Assembly (NCBI RefSeq): GCF_023055435.1
Contig: NW_025964334.1
Span: forward strand, 14,508,001-14,572,000
DNA length: 64,000 nt
Direction of reading: 5' to 3'
DNA from: Haliotis rufescens
Taxonomy: Eukaryota
In this document: positions 12,356 to 24,372 of the stretch, piece after piece
Position numbering within the stretch: the stretch's first letter is position 1
Layout of the letters: every line of letters begins with the position of its first letter
Translations under genes and position numbers: made by a program
Notes under the pieces: model-generated
Databases searched by the model: none
The model's input: the letters and a program-made list of their open reading frames with translations, nothing else
What the model was told of the DNA's origin: nothing

Positions 12356-13807
12356 TACTGAACAACAAAAGTTCCTGTGACAATGAATAAGATTTAATGC
12401 AAAATTAAGTTTTTTACCAAATCTGAAACAATTTCTGTTTGCAACAGATAAAAGACTCCTGTAAGTGTTCAAATAGTTCAAATTGCCAAACTGACTTCAG
12501 AAAATGCGTGATTTCATAAAAAAGCATAATCATGCCAAAATGTCAATTTACAAATCAATAGCGTGTGTGTCCACCTCTGGTTGCGATGCAAGCAGCACAT
12601 CTTCGCCTCATGGAATGGACCAGGCGTCGCACAAAGTCCTGTGGGATATCTGTCCATATCTGATGGAGCATGTTTCGAAGTTCCTGGAGTGTCTGTGGAA
12701 CACGTGGTTGACGTGGAAGGCGCCGATCCATCTCATCCCACATGTGCTCGATTGGTGAGAGATCAGGAGAGCGAGCCGGCCAGGGGTTGACATTCAAGTT
12801 GTTTTGTTGAAGAGAATCCTGAACAAGTCGAGCAATATGAGGCCGGGCGTTGTCATGTTGAAAGGTAATGCCTGGGCCATGACGACTAAAAAACGGTAGA
12901 ACAACAGGGCCGATGATCTCGTCGCGGTAGCGCTGTCCAAAACAATTTCCAAAAAAGAGATTTCCCTCTACCACTATCAAACGGGTCCTCTAACTTGCCG
13001 TAATCCCATCCCATACCATAACGCTGCCGCCCCCGAACCAATCTTCTTCCATGACACAATGATTGACGTAACGTTCACCTCGACGTCGGTACTTTCGAAT
13101 CCGTCTATCGCTGTGGCTGAGGTGAAAACGAGACTCGTCAGTGAATAGAACTTGTCCCCACTGCATGGCCGTCCAGAGTAGAAGCTGTCTGCACCACTGT
13201 AGTCGTGCTTGGCGGTGGTTTCCTGTGAAAATGGGACGTCTGGCGGGTCTTCTGGTGACAATCCCTGCACATCTGAGGCGACGACGTACGGTTTGTGAAG
13301 ATATTCGTCGAATGCTAGGGATGCTTCTTGCAGTCACTGTTGCTGGCTGGAATCGATTTCGTAGGTGTGTTGTTCGAATCCAGTTGTCTTGTCAATTATT
13401 GGTTACGCGTGGTCTGCCACTCCGAGGATGGTCTCTGACCGCATTCGTCTGTTGCCAACGTTGCCATAAACACCAAATGGTGTTTCTGTGGACGTTAAAT
13501 TGTCTTGCAACATCACGTTGACTCGATCCTGCTTCAAGCATACATGTACCAATGGCTCGCAGGCCCTCATTTTCGGACAGGCGTGGCATTTCGTAATGTT
13601 GAATAATTGCGTACAATGCATATTGAATCCCGTTAACGCACGTTTTCATACCCATTATTGAGGAGTGAAATGCATGGGGCTTGCATACTTTTCTGAAGCA
13701 GTTGGTGACTTGATTCCATACATGTACTACAATATTGAAAACCAAACTTTACTTGTTTGAAAAATACACTAAAATATTTGTGTCACAGGAACTTTTGTTG
13801 TTGAGTA
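12356..13807 (-). mobile_element. Tc1 DNA transposon (DD34E), near full-length, frameshifted
   Basis: TIRs tactgaacaacaaaagttcctgtgaca / tgtcacaggaacttttgttgttgagta; VLFTDESRF, FQHDNARPH..SPDLSPIE with 34 residues between D and E; ends GGHTRY. Confidence 0.92.
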
Positions 13808-14163
13808 TATGCAAGAAATTGACTTAATTAAACATGACATGTACTCATACGTTCAGTGGAGTGTTGAAAAGCATATATTAGAGTTAACAACCACAGCTAA
13901 ACACACAATGTTGGTGATGACATTAATCTACAGCAATATAGTAAATGGCGTCGTGGATGGCGTGGTACATTGCTCGTGTGTACAGTTATTGGTTTTTCTG
14001 ATCCAGACTTGCGTATTTAAAGGCCACCATGATATCAACATCTGGAATATGTGGGCGCTCGATCACATTCGCCCACACACCGCGAACACGACATTGACGT
14101 GTTGATGTTGTCACTGAATGTATAGGTTTCGCAGCTTCGAAACCCGTTGGGAACACACGCTTT

Positions 14164-14432
14164 TGGTTGGTTGGTTTACGCTGCACTCAGCAATATTACT
14201 GCTTAATGACGGCGGTCTTTGTAAGTAATCGAGTCTGGACCAGACAATCCAGTGATTGATATCATGAGCATCGATCCACGAAATTGGGATCGATGACTAT
14301 GCTTGTCGTAAGAGGCGACTAACGGGATCGGGTGGTCAGGATCGCTGACTTGGTTGATGGATCGATGCTCATGATATTAATCACTGGATTGTCTGGTCCA
14401 GACACGATTATTTTACAGACCGACGTCATAAT
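14164..14432. mobile_element. Rearranged family R pieces in opposite orientations
   Basis: Minus-strand tail at 14164-14295 joined to a plus-strand piece at 14295-14430. Confidence 0.6.
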
Positions 14433-14511
14433 AAAATAAATTAATATAAATCTGTCCCCAGAGAGAGGTACATGTTTGTTTGTTGCTTATGACATCAAGG
14501 AGTCTTGTACC

Positions 14512-14765
14512 TACTCTCCGTAGCGTAGAGGATGGGGCATCTGCGCAGAAAGCGGAATGTCGGTGGTTCGATGCCCCGGAGGCGTCATACCAAAACACGT
14601 CAAAGATCGTACTTGTTACCTGCCTGGAGTACAACATTCAGGGGATAAAACAAGGACTGGTCGGCAAGAAGTCTGTGTAATGTGTTCGAGTAAGATATCC
14701 ATGGGTTTGTGCCAGTTCACCGACATAACTCTGGACTGGTATTAGTACTGGTCCACGCACGCACG
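14512..14765 (+). mobile_element. Decayed family M SINE
   Basis: Diverged match to the 17550 copy (gtcataccaaaa..cttgttacc..aaaacaaggactggtcggc). Confidence 0.6.
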
Positions 14766-15293
14766 CAACATGAGTGAATTAATATTAATATCAATTCACC
14801 TGGCACAGACTCACAAAATTCACATCTACTGCTGTGAACGTCGCAGATTTGAGCTATTGCTCGACATAAAAGGAAAGTTGAGAGCTGACATTGACTATTG
14901 ACATTCATACAGATGATATCTGTCGAGGATGATCTACTCGTAATTCTCGAGCAATGAAAAAGTACATCGTTCACCTGTTCTTGTTAAACCACGCTCCCCG
15001 AATACTTTGCAAATCAATTTATGCATATTTTTTTATTAACGGACGTCTATGAATATTATCTACGGGCCATATTGCGTAATGCCATGTTAAAGATATGTTT
15101 GTGTATTATTTATACCAGGAAGAGGTCAACATGACATGGGTAGGCGGGTCGCGTTGACCTCTGTTCTATCAGCTCCATACTAAAACATAAACTCAATATC
15201 GTAAACCATATGTAATTGTTACGATATTCGTCAGGTTCATTTCAGTTTACTGCCAATCACATTCACCTGTATCTGTAGCTCTCAAGCCAGCTG

Positions 15294-15465
15294 GGGCGGT
15301 CGGGTAGCCTAGTGGTTAAAGCGTTTGCTCGTCACGCCGAAGACCCGGGTTCGATTCCCGACATGGGTACAATGTGTGAAGCCCATTTGTGGTGTCCCCC
15401 GCCGTGATATTGCTGGAATATTGCTAAAAGCGGCGTAAAACCATACTCACTCACTCACTCACTCA
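15294..15465 (+). mobile_element. tRNA(Asp-like)-derived SINE family D, full length
   Basis: Box A tagcctagtggtta, gtc anticodon-like loop, box B gggttcgattccc, (ctca)n tail, TSD ctcaagccagctg. Other copies at about 17060-17215(-), 18251-18418(-), 43878-44036(-), 44606-44736(-), 52458-52593(+) and 61495-61650(-). Confidence 0.88.
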
Positions 15466-16197
15466 CTCAAGCCAGCTGAATTGGGCACCGAGTGATCAGG
15501 CTCCTTGGCTTGCGAGGCACCGTGTCGTGGAAGCACTTGTCATTACTCACGCTCTCTCCGACCCTTGTCCATGCTTTCAATCATGATTTTGACTGATCGA
15601 GACTCCCATATGTACAGGCCGATATGCCGTGGCTGGGATGTTGCTAGCTACGGCGTTTAATAAAATTCATGTGCTTATTATAGCGCTGACATATAGTGTA
15701 GGCGCTAGATCTACAACGACAACGACACTACAACGTCTGCCAATGTTAAAATTCCAACAGCGTATTGATGTAATTACAATAACACGTTCTCCGTCTACAC
15801 AGACGAGAAGCGTGCATCCCGATCGTGTAAGTTTAACTGAGTTGTCCTGTATAAATTACTCATTGTCATTTTTAGAAATGAATACAGAAACGTAGCTGAA
15901 TACATTCCGCACACGACTAAAGGGTAAATTTGTGACAATTTACATGATTTCAATGATTACTGAAGAAATACAACAGCCTTTGTATCAAATGTGCATACAT
16001 GTATGCAAAAACTGGAAGTTTAAAACACTATAGTTTTCGCCACCTATGGGTAATAAATAGATGGAAACTAATGTTGTCTTGCTGAATAATGGATTAAAAC
16101 CAAACTACTAGTGTCTCACTGAAAAAGTATACATGGGCAGTAAGCCAAATGCCGTTAGTCATCTTAAGCAAGCCACTCATGCCAACGACCTGCAACT

Positions 16198-16308
16198 GGG
16201 CCCCGTATCACAAAGCGACCGTAGCACTTATGTGGTCGTAACTCCCATATACTTTAACATAGGATTACGATAGTCGCAGCGCTGGGCTCGCTTTGTGGAA
16301 CGGGCCCC
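16198..16308. mobile_element. Short palindromic MITE (PIF/Harbinger-like)
   Basis: gggccccgtatcacaaagcga..tcgctttgtggaacgggcccc flanked by ctg on both sides; related element at 34253-34341. Confidence 0.65.
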
Positions 16309-16477
16309 TGTACTATGGTCGTGGTGTATTGATTTATTAACACAGCGTGAAACACAGTTAGGCCTAACAAAATCGTACTTGTACTTGAATGAACGTAGAG
16401 CGAAAGTTGAACAAAACAGGTAATTGGATTGTTTTGCAGAATTATGGTCCTTAGGGAAAATATTCCCCTAAACCACC

Positions 16478-16793
16478 ATGTGCACGTTTTCTCCAAATTC
16501 ATTACAGGTGCCTATAGGGGTTTGCAGCTGACAATTTGTGAAGTACTTTCTGGGTCTTGCGGACCCCCTTATCCACCTGTTCGCAGCCTGAAGACACCCG
16601 GACAAGGCCATGGAGTGTTCGCGTGTCATAATGAACCAAGAAATCGCTGCGTCTATGGCGGAGGTGGAAACAGTTGTTAGGGATGATGCACTCAATCTGC
16701 TGCTGAACAACACCGACGTTAACCAACAGGAACATGGCATCGAACCAGTGACACGGGAGAAGATGAATGTTCATTTCGACCGTAATGTTACAG
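16478..16793 (+). pseudogene. Decayed exon 1 of a C-factor/sniffer-like SDR
   Basis: Aligns to SDR exon 1 (FITGAYRGL, LNLLLNNTDVNQQEHGIEPVTREKMN, same donor position) with deletions and frameshifts; no exon 2 seen before the next copy. Confidence 0.85.
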
Positions 16794-17549
16794 GTAGAAT
16801 AAAATTATTACTACGCACAAGTAACTGGACATTTTTTACCATTAGTGCGCGCGCACACACATTCACGAAGCCTAATAATTCGAGCGGGCACAAGTAGAAA
16901 CTGCTACCAGTCCTTATTCACGGTAAATTTTCGACAGGTCTCCGCCTGTATGTAGGTGATAACGGTAGCGCTAGGTACAAAACTTTAAAACACATTATGT
17001 GATTTGCATTGATGATGCCGAAAGGGCGATATGAATCCTAAAGCGCACATTGGCAGCATTTACTGACGAGTTTAACGCCGGTTTTGGCAATATTCAAGCA
17101 ACATCACGCCGGAGGACACCAGACAAGGGCTTCACACATTGTACATCTATAGGGACTCAAACCGGGCCATCGCCGTGACGAGCGAACGCTTTAACCACTA
17201 GGCTACCACACCGTAACTTAGAAGTTGAGATCCATGACCCCAACAGTGGCAAATAGAAAAAACATGTATACATGAACGAGGGAATGCGATAACGCATCTT
17301 GACACATGGCCCAGACTAAACTACATTATACCATGAATAGACAATACGCCTGAGAGAATGAATACCATTGAATAACTGATATTAACCACCATCTATGAAG
17401 AAACAATCAGCTTTTTTAGAATCTTGGTAAAGACGGTTTAATAATGTGATAATGTTGCTACATTTAATCATTTGATACTTATCGTCAACTCATTGCCAAA
17501 GGAGACATGAGGAACGATACATTAATTCGTTGTGGCTTCATTCAGTGCA

Positions 17550-17903
17550 GGACCGCCTCCGTGGTCTTTTGGTAGAGCGTCCGCCCGGAGAGCGGAAGGT
17601 CCGGGGTTCGAACCCCGACCGCGTCATACCAAAAGACGTTAAAAGATGGTACTTGTTGTTACCCTGTCTGACGCTCGGCATTAAGGGGCTAAAACAAGGA
17701 CTGGTCGGCTCGGAGTCAGTATACTGTGTCTGAGTGGGGTATTCATGTTAAACTGCGGCATGGTATCTCAGTGAGCTAGCACTATAAATCGGCATCAGTC
17801 CGGACTAGTACAAGTAACCAACACAAACACACACACATACATGCACGTCGCTATATAAGTGCAATAATCTTGGACGCGACGTTAAACCCCATTTCACCTC
17901 ACC
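17550..17903 (+). mobile_element. tRNA-headed SINE family M (Meta/MESC-like core), full length
   Basis: Head ggaccgcctccgtggtc..ggtagagcg..ggggttcgaacccc, core gtcataccaaaagacgttaaaagatggtacttg, (cacct)n tail, TSD tcattcagtgca. Confidence 0.85.
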
Positions 17904-18250
17904 TCATTCAGTGCATTTGCCTGAGGATACGGGAACGAAGATTTTCCGGCCGCTTCTTGGAGTACCAGTAACATTTGTTTGTTTGATGTTTTACGCCACG
18001 TGTACACTCAGCTATATGAGTGAGTGAGTGAAAATTTAACGTCGCATCGGCATTATTTCAGCCATATAGCGACTCAGCTATATGATGGCGGTCTGTACAT
18101 AATCGAGTCTGGACCAATGCTGTTATTGATATCATGAGTATCGGTCCACGCAACTGGCATGTTATAACATGCATCAAGCAAGTCAGCGGGACTGACCAAC
18201 CGATCTCGTTAGTCGCCTCTTCCGACAAGCATTGTCCAGACTTGATTATT

Positions 18251-18418
18251 AGTGAGTGAGTGAGTATGGTTTTACGCCGCTTTTAGCAGTATTCCAGCAA
18301 TATCACAGCGGGGGTCACCAGAAATGGGCTTCACACACTGTACCCATGTCGGGAATCGAACCCGGGTCTTCGGCGTGACGAGCGAACGCTTTAACTACTA
18401 GGCTACCCGACCACCCCA
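18251..18418 (-). mobile_element. Family D SINE
   Basis: Reverse-complement consensus; TSD acttgattatta. Confidence 0.85.
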
Positions 18419-18923
18419 CTTGATTATTAACAGACCGTAGTCATATAGCATGACTATTGCTGAGAAGGGCGTTAAACAGCAACAAAACATATTTATTTTT
18501 TTGGTATTTGTGTTTCGAGCGGTAATTCAAATGCTAAAACGTTTTTCACTTTAATTTGATAACCAAGATATGTTTCTGATTATGAATAATTCTGTAAACC
18601 GAGACATCTCACTAAAAGTATACCTTTAAAGCTTATCTACATGGTAGATCAACATTTGATCTGTTTAATTAATATGTTAATGATAAGGTTGACGATGCAT
18701 GACGAGCTGTTGCCGCTCTCGCATATCGATCTGCCACGATGCTAATGAGGAACTGACGCTCACAACAACAGAACATCAATTCAATATCGTAGCATTAGGC
18801 CTGATAACACAATGAAATGATCAATGAAGCCTTATAGGGTCATCGCTCACAAATCTGACGGTCACAGTTACCTCCCTTTGTTTACACGGGCGCCCATGCT
18901 GCAACGGACTCGCTTCGACGACC

Positions 18924-20359
18924 ATGTGCACGTTGTCTCCAAAATCCGTATTCATTACGGGTGCCAATAGGGGTTTGGGGCTGGAATTTGTGAAGCACTT
19001 TCTGCGTCTAGCGAATCCCCCTACCCACCTGTTCGCAGCCTGTAGACAGCCGGACCAGGCCACGGAGTTGACGCAGCTAGCGAGCGAAAATGGAAGTATT
19101 CGCGTGGTAAAGCTGGACGTGAGGCAGGACGAAGAAATCGCTGCGGCTGTGGCGGAGGTGGGGAAAGTTGTTGGGGATGATGGACTCAATCTGCTGCTGA
19201 ACAACGCCGGTGTCAACCAACAGGAACAAGGCATCGAACCACTGACACGGGAGAAGATGAATTATCACTTCGACTGTAATGTTACTGGTAGGTTAATTTA
19301 TTATGAAGCCATCGTCACGTGTACGAGAACTCGTCGATGACAGATGATTGCCTGAGGTTTTTTTACATACCGCCGTCGCATGGCAGGAGTACTGCTGTGT
19401 GGCGCTAGGCAACGGATCCTTCAAATTTTATGGCGGGGACAGGACAGGACATGCTTTCCCTTTTCACAAAGACCCGTGAAGATCCGGGGTAGAATAGATC
19501 TTCAGCAACCCATGCTTGCCGTGAAAGTCGACTATGCTTATCTTAAGAGGCGACTAGCGGGATCAGGTGGTTGGGTCGCTATATGGTGGCGGTCTGTAAA
19601 TAATCGAGTTTGGAGCAGACAGTCCAGTGATTGATATCATGATATCGATCCACGCATTTGTCAGCGTGCCTGACCACCCGATCCCATATGGACCGACCAT
19701 TTCATATTCTGGCTGTGATGGGATTTTGTTTACGGAGCGTAAATAATTTATCAGCTGCATTTGCAAAACCTTTTTTGATGAAATAAAAATAATGAGTCTA
19801 AATATTTCGATAACGCCGAATTTTGATAAAAAATGAAAATAACTCAAAACAATTGGACCCGGAACCGGATTTGGGATATCCAAGATAAGAAAATATCGAG
19901 TGGGTCGGTGCTGAGAAAGATGGCTATATTTTTTGTGGACATGTTCTTTTTTCAGCTCCACTGTTGATTTGTAAAGCGTTTCTTCCCACACTGAGACGAG
20001 CTGCGGACAAGACAGAGTTCAGCTGCAGCAGAGCGGCCATCATCAATCTCTCTTCTACCTTGAGCCTTATCAACTACGTCAATAAGATAAACGATTTCCG
20101 CTACCCTTACAACAGCTCAAAGTGTGCCCTCAACATGGTGACCGATGTTCTCGCGAGAGAAGTTTCCCCGGACGGGGTGTTGGTGGCTGGGATCCACCCC
20201 GGGTGGGTCAAGACCGACATGGGAGGTCCTAACGGAATGATTGATAAGGAAGAAAGTATTTCCAAGTGTATGAATACATTTGCAGCGATGAATAAAGATT
20301 CGTCAGGGTTGCTGCATTCATACACAGGAGATATCTTTGATTGGAATTCCGGGCCCTAG
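18924..20359 (+). CDS. C-factor/sniffer-like classical SDR, copy 1 (exons 18924-19287 and 19956-20359; 255 aa)
   Basis: TGANRGLG cofactor motif, NNAG, catalytic S and YNSSK (YxxxK), HPGWVKTDMGG; GT-AG phase-1 intron joins exons of 364 and 404 nt in frame. Confidence 0.93.
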
Positions 20360-20924
20360 TCAAATGCAACTATGTGATTTGCCTGAAAGTGAAGTGTATC
20401 ATGCAAAAGGTTGATAGGTTATGGAAAAAAAATATCATAACGCTTCAGTTCGTTTACCTTGTCGAATAAGCATTATATTTCAATATATATTCAAATAATC
20501 GGATTTGGGAGCATTCATTTTTTTGAAAATTCAACCAAACTGTTCCTTTTTTCACCACGGTCAACAAACTGTAGATTTTGGCCATATTACGGAACAAACT
20601 ATCTATTTAAACAAGCCCCCGCCCCACCACATCAAAAGAAATCAAATGGATATTTCTGATTCTGATTCTAAGTATCCTCTTTTAATCCTCTGGATAAGTT
20701 TCTGAGTTGTGCTGTAATATACTTATTGATGCAGGATGAGAATCAATATCAAACAATATAAAGTATACGTGACATCTTCTGAATGGACCACGTACTGGTT
20801 AGTTGAGATTCCTTTTTATGAACAGATGAATAAATGTGGTTCCAATCTGAAATATGCTGTGTTTGTATTTCGCAAGAATGTTTGCATCATTTCAAGGAAG
20901 AAGGAATACAGGGTATTGGGACAA

Positions 20925-21170
20925 GGATGACGGAGCCACCTACAGCGGCCAATTCATTGTTCATAGGCTTGCCAGAAACCTATAATCGTGAGTTCGAGTC
21001 CCAGAGTCGCCTCATTATGTTTTTAGGTTTGTCATCACCGTTCCCGTGCTCGTGTGTTTCACCCAAGTTGTAAAGCCTGCATCATTGCTTTTCTCCCACA
21101 TCTCCGCCTGGAACACAGTGATAAAACTGAAATACTGTTCAAAGTGGTGTTAAACAAATACTCACTCACT
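20925..21170 (+). mobile_element. Old family L SINE in the SDR 3' flank (shared by all three SDR units)
   Basis: Diverged match to the 9705 copy; paralogous positions at about 27055-27300 and 37985-38470. Confidence 0.65.
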
Positions 21171-23633
21171 TAAGTTGGTACTATTCATCTGTCAAAAGTC
21201 CATTACCGTTTTAGGTCCAGACTTCGAAACTGAGACAATGTAACTGCATTATCAGGTAATTATACACTACTCAATTGGCATACATCACTTAGTATTGGTA
21301 AGGAGTGAGTGAATGTAGTTTTACACAGTATTTAACAATATTCGTTTCGTATCAAAGTTTGAAATCTCTAATTTATTAAGCACAATTTATTTTTCTCCTA
21401 CAAGTAAATGACTACATTTTGCAGCAATGAATAAAGATTGTATTCCTACACGGGAAGCATTTTCAAATGGATATTTTCCGATTGGTATGATTTGTTTGTT
21501 TTGTTTGTTTGTTGTTTAATGCCACACTCGGGGATATACCAAATATATGACGGTCGTCTGCAAAAATCGCGTCTTGACCAGATAATCCAATGAAGGACAT
21601 CAGCATCGATCACAATTGAGATACGATGACATGCATCAACCAAGTTAGCAAGCCTGACCACCTGATCCCGTTAGTCGACTGGTAGACTGCATGTACTTGC
21701 ATCACTGAGTAGATTATCATGTAAAGGAAGAAATTATCAGATAATGTTAACCTCGTCGGCTACGCATTATGTTTCAATTTTGATACAAGAAATCCGTTTG
21801 GATAAAATATATTGATTCTCTATTGACTCTTTTCAGTAATACTGACAGTTGGAAGGGGACATTCTCTACAGTAATGAGTGTTTCATTTTCAGGATAAGAA
21901 CCACCATGAACAGTATTATGAAGTGGCATTTTCAGAATGGTTAAAGCATTAATTTACTTGAAGGTTCGATTGCTGGAATAAAGGAATAGTTGAATAAATG
22001 GGTTCATATTAAGCTAAAGTAGATTTCAATAAATAAATAAAATTATAAGTGGGTCATTTTTGAGTACCGTAAAACATTTTTGTTTGTTGTTTAACGCCAC
22101 ACAGCAATATTACAGCTATGTGATGGCGGTCTGTAAATCCAATGATTGATATCCAGAGCATCGATGCACGCAATTAAGATACGATGACATGCATCAAGCA
22201 AGTAAACGAACCTGACCACCCGATCCCGCCTCTTACGACAAGTATGGGATGCTGAAGATAAATTCTAACCCGGATCTTCAGTTCTTGCTTCAGTGTTGAC
22301 CAAGTGATAATTATAACAGTTGTTATGTTCGGTAAACATATTAAAGGAGTAGAGGCAGTGTAGTAATAGTGAGCGGGTGAGTTAAAATCATTCACGGTGT
22401 TACGTGTCGATTCCCAAAATTCACTTAGGTTACAAATCAATGCAAATTACTGCACAGCAATTAAACAATAGAGTGGAGTACAATATTCAATGGCAATATA
22501 TAATATGATGGCAGTGATCAGCATCAAAAAAAAAAAATACAGTGGTGGTCGCAAAAGTCAGTGATAATAGTATATATTCACCCAGCAGTGACTGTGGTTA
22601 AGCTTCCGAGATTGGCTAGGCAGGGAATCTGGGATGATGAGCGATCCTCACATGAAAGATGGTTCTAAAGCGAACATTTAAGAGACGAAATGTGAAATAG
22701 ATACGCAAACACGCTATTGTCCCGTTATATACAATCTACCTATCTTCTGGAAAATTCACCTGTCCATGGGCACAAGAACATTGAAGAAATTTCACCAACA
22801 TACCATCATGGTCCGCGTTGTACCAGACAGGAAGTATACACACCACACTAGCATCTAAATATAGTTGCTTCCTGACGACTGATCACTGTCCAAATACAAT
22901 GGTATGAGCGTCTACCGATTCTAAACCAAAAACAATGTAACATAGTTTCAATAAAATAAAATAAAATACACTGCCATAAAACTCTCTCCCCCTTCGGTGG
23001 AAGAAGGTTTGAACGAGTGATAACTTTATTTCACATTCAACCAACCCGTGACAATGCGTCCGCAAAAACTTTGTCTTTACCTTTGATATGGTTGATGTCT
23101 AAATCAAATTCTTGCAAAGACAGGCTCTAGCGCATTAGGCGTTGTTTTTTGTTCTTCATTTTATGAAAAAATAGTCAGTGGATTGTGATCAGTATACACT
23201 TAAATGGGAAACAAAGTAGTACCCAAGTACATTCCAAATGGCTGCTAAGCTAACAATAGAGCAAGAGTTCCTTTTTCATGAGAAAGCGATCGTCACATGA
23301 AAGCCGGTTCTAAAGCAATGAAATGCATGAGGTGGGAAATACGACACAACCCAACAACTCTGATGATAAGCATAGGTTGCTGAAGATCATTTCTAACCCG
23401 GATCTTCACGAGTTGAAAACAGAAAAGAGTGCCGACAGTTTGGGTTCAGTGTTGATCAAATGATAATTTTAACCGTTGTTATGTTATGTAAACATATCAA
23501 AAGAGTAGAGGCAATGTAGTAAAAGTGAGTGAGTGAATTAAAATTTAACGCTGCATCGGCGTAATTTCAGCCATATAGCGACTAATGTAGTATGTATGTA
23601 TGAATAATTCAAATGCCATTCAAATGCTGAAGA

Positions 23634-23960
23634 CGCGTGAAGATCCGGGGTAGAATAGATCTACAGCAACACGTTCTTGTCGTAAAAGGTGACTATACTT
23701 GTCGTAAAAGGTGACTAACGGGATCGGATGGTAAGGCTCGCTAAATTGGTTGATGCATGTCATCGATTCCAATTGCGTGGATCGATGTCGCATGATATCA
23801 ATCACTGGATTGTCTGGTCCAGACTGAAGGGCAACAGATGGAGCTTTGTTGGATCCCGTCTCACACTTAGATATTCGATTATTTACAGACCGCCGTCATA
23901 TAGCTGGATTATCGCTGTGTGTGGCGTAAAACAACAAACCAACCGACCAACCAACCAACC
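23634..23960 (+). mobile_element. Family R SINE carrying a ~50-bp LINE RNase H insert
   Basis: Consensus interrupted at ccagact by gaagggcaacagatggagctttgttggatcccgtctcacac.., nearly identical to 4027-4075. Confidence 0.8.
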
Positions 23961-24372
23961 AATTGCAAATGCTGAAATGTTTTTTCACTTTAATTTTACA
24001 ACCAAGACATGTTTCCCATTGTGAATAACTCAGAAAAAACGAAGCAACTAACAAAGAATAATAACGTTTAAATGTTATCCACATGATAGATCAACATTTT
24101 ATCTATTAATTAATCATTTAATGGGAACGTTGATGGTGTATGACGAGCTGTTGGTGCAGTCGCATAACACTCTGCCACGATGTTAATTATGAACTGACTC
24201 TCACAACGATACAACAGCAAATTGAATATATCGTGTGCAGCTTAATGCATGAAGCGCCAATGAAATGGTCACTGAATAAAGAATAGGGTCCCTGCTCACA
24301 AATCTGACGATCGTAGTTACCTCCCTTAAAGTACACGTCCGCTTCTGCTCCAACGGACTCGCTTCGGCGACC

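Noticed and set aside
15294-15370. Genuine tRNA-Asp gene
   Set aside because: Continues into a SINE body and tail with a TSD and occurs as many dispersed copies.
18821-19268. Antisense ORFs over SDR exons (also at 24201 and 35137)
   Set aside because: Shadows of the SDR coding strand, repeated only because the gene is duplicated.
18924-20359. Bacterial csgA contamination or recent horizontal transfer
   Set aside because: The genes have a GT-AG intron and SINE-filled flanks, and sniffer-like SDRs are widespread in animals.
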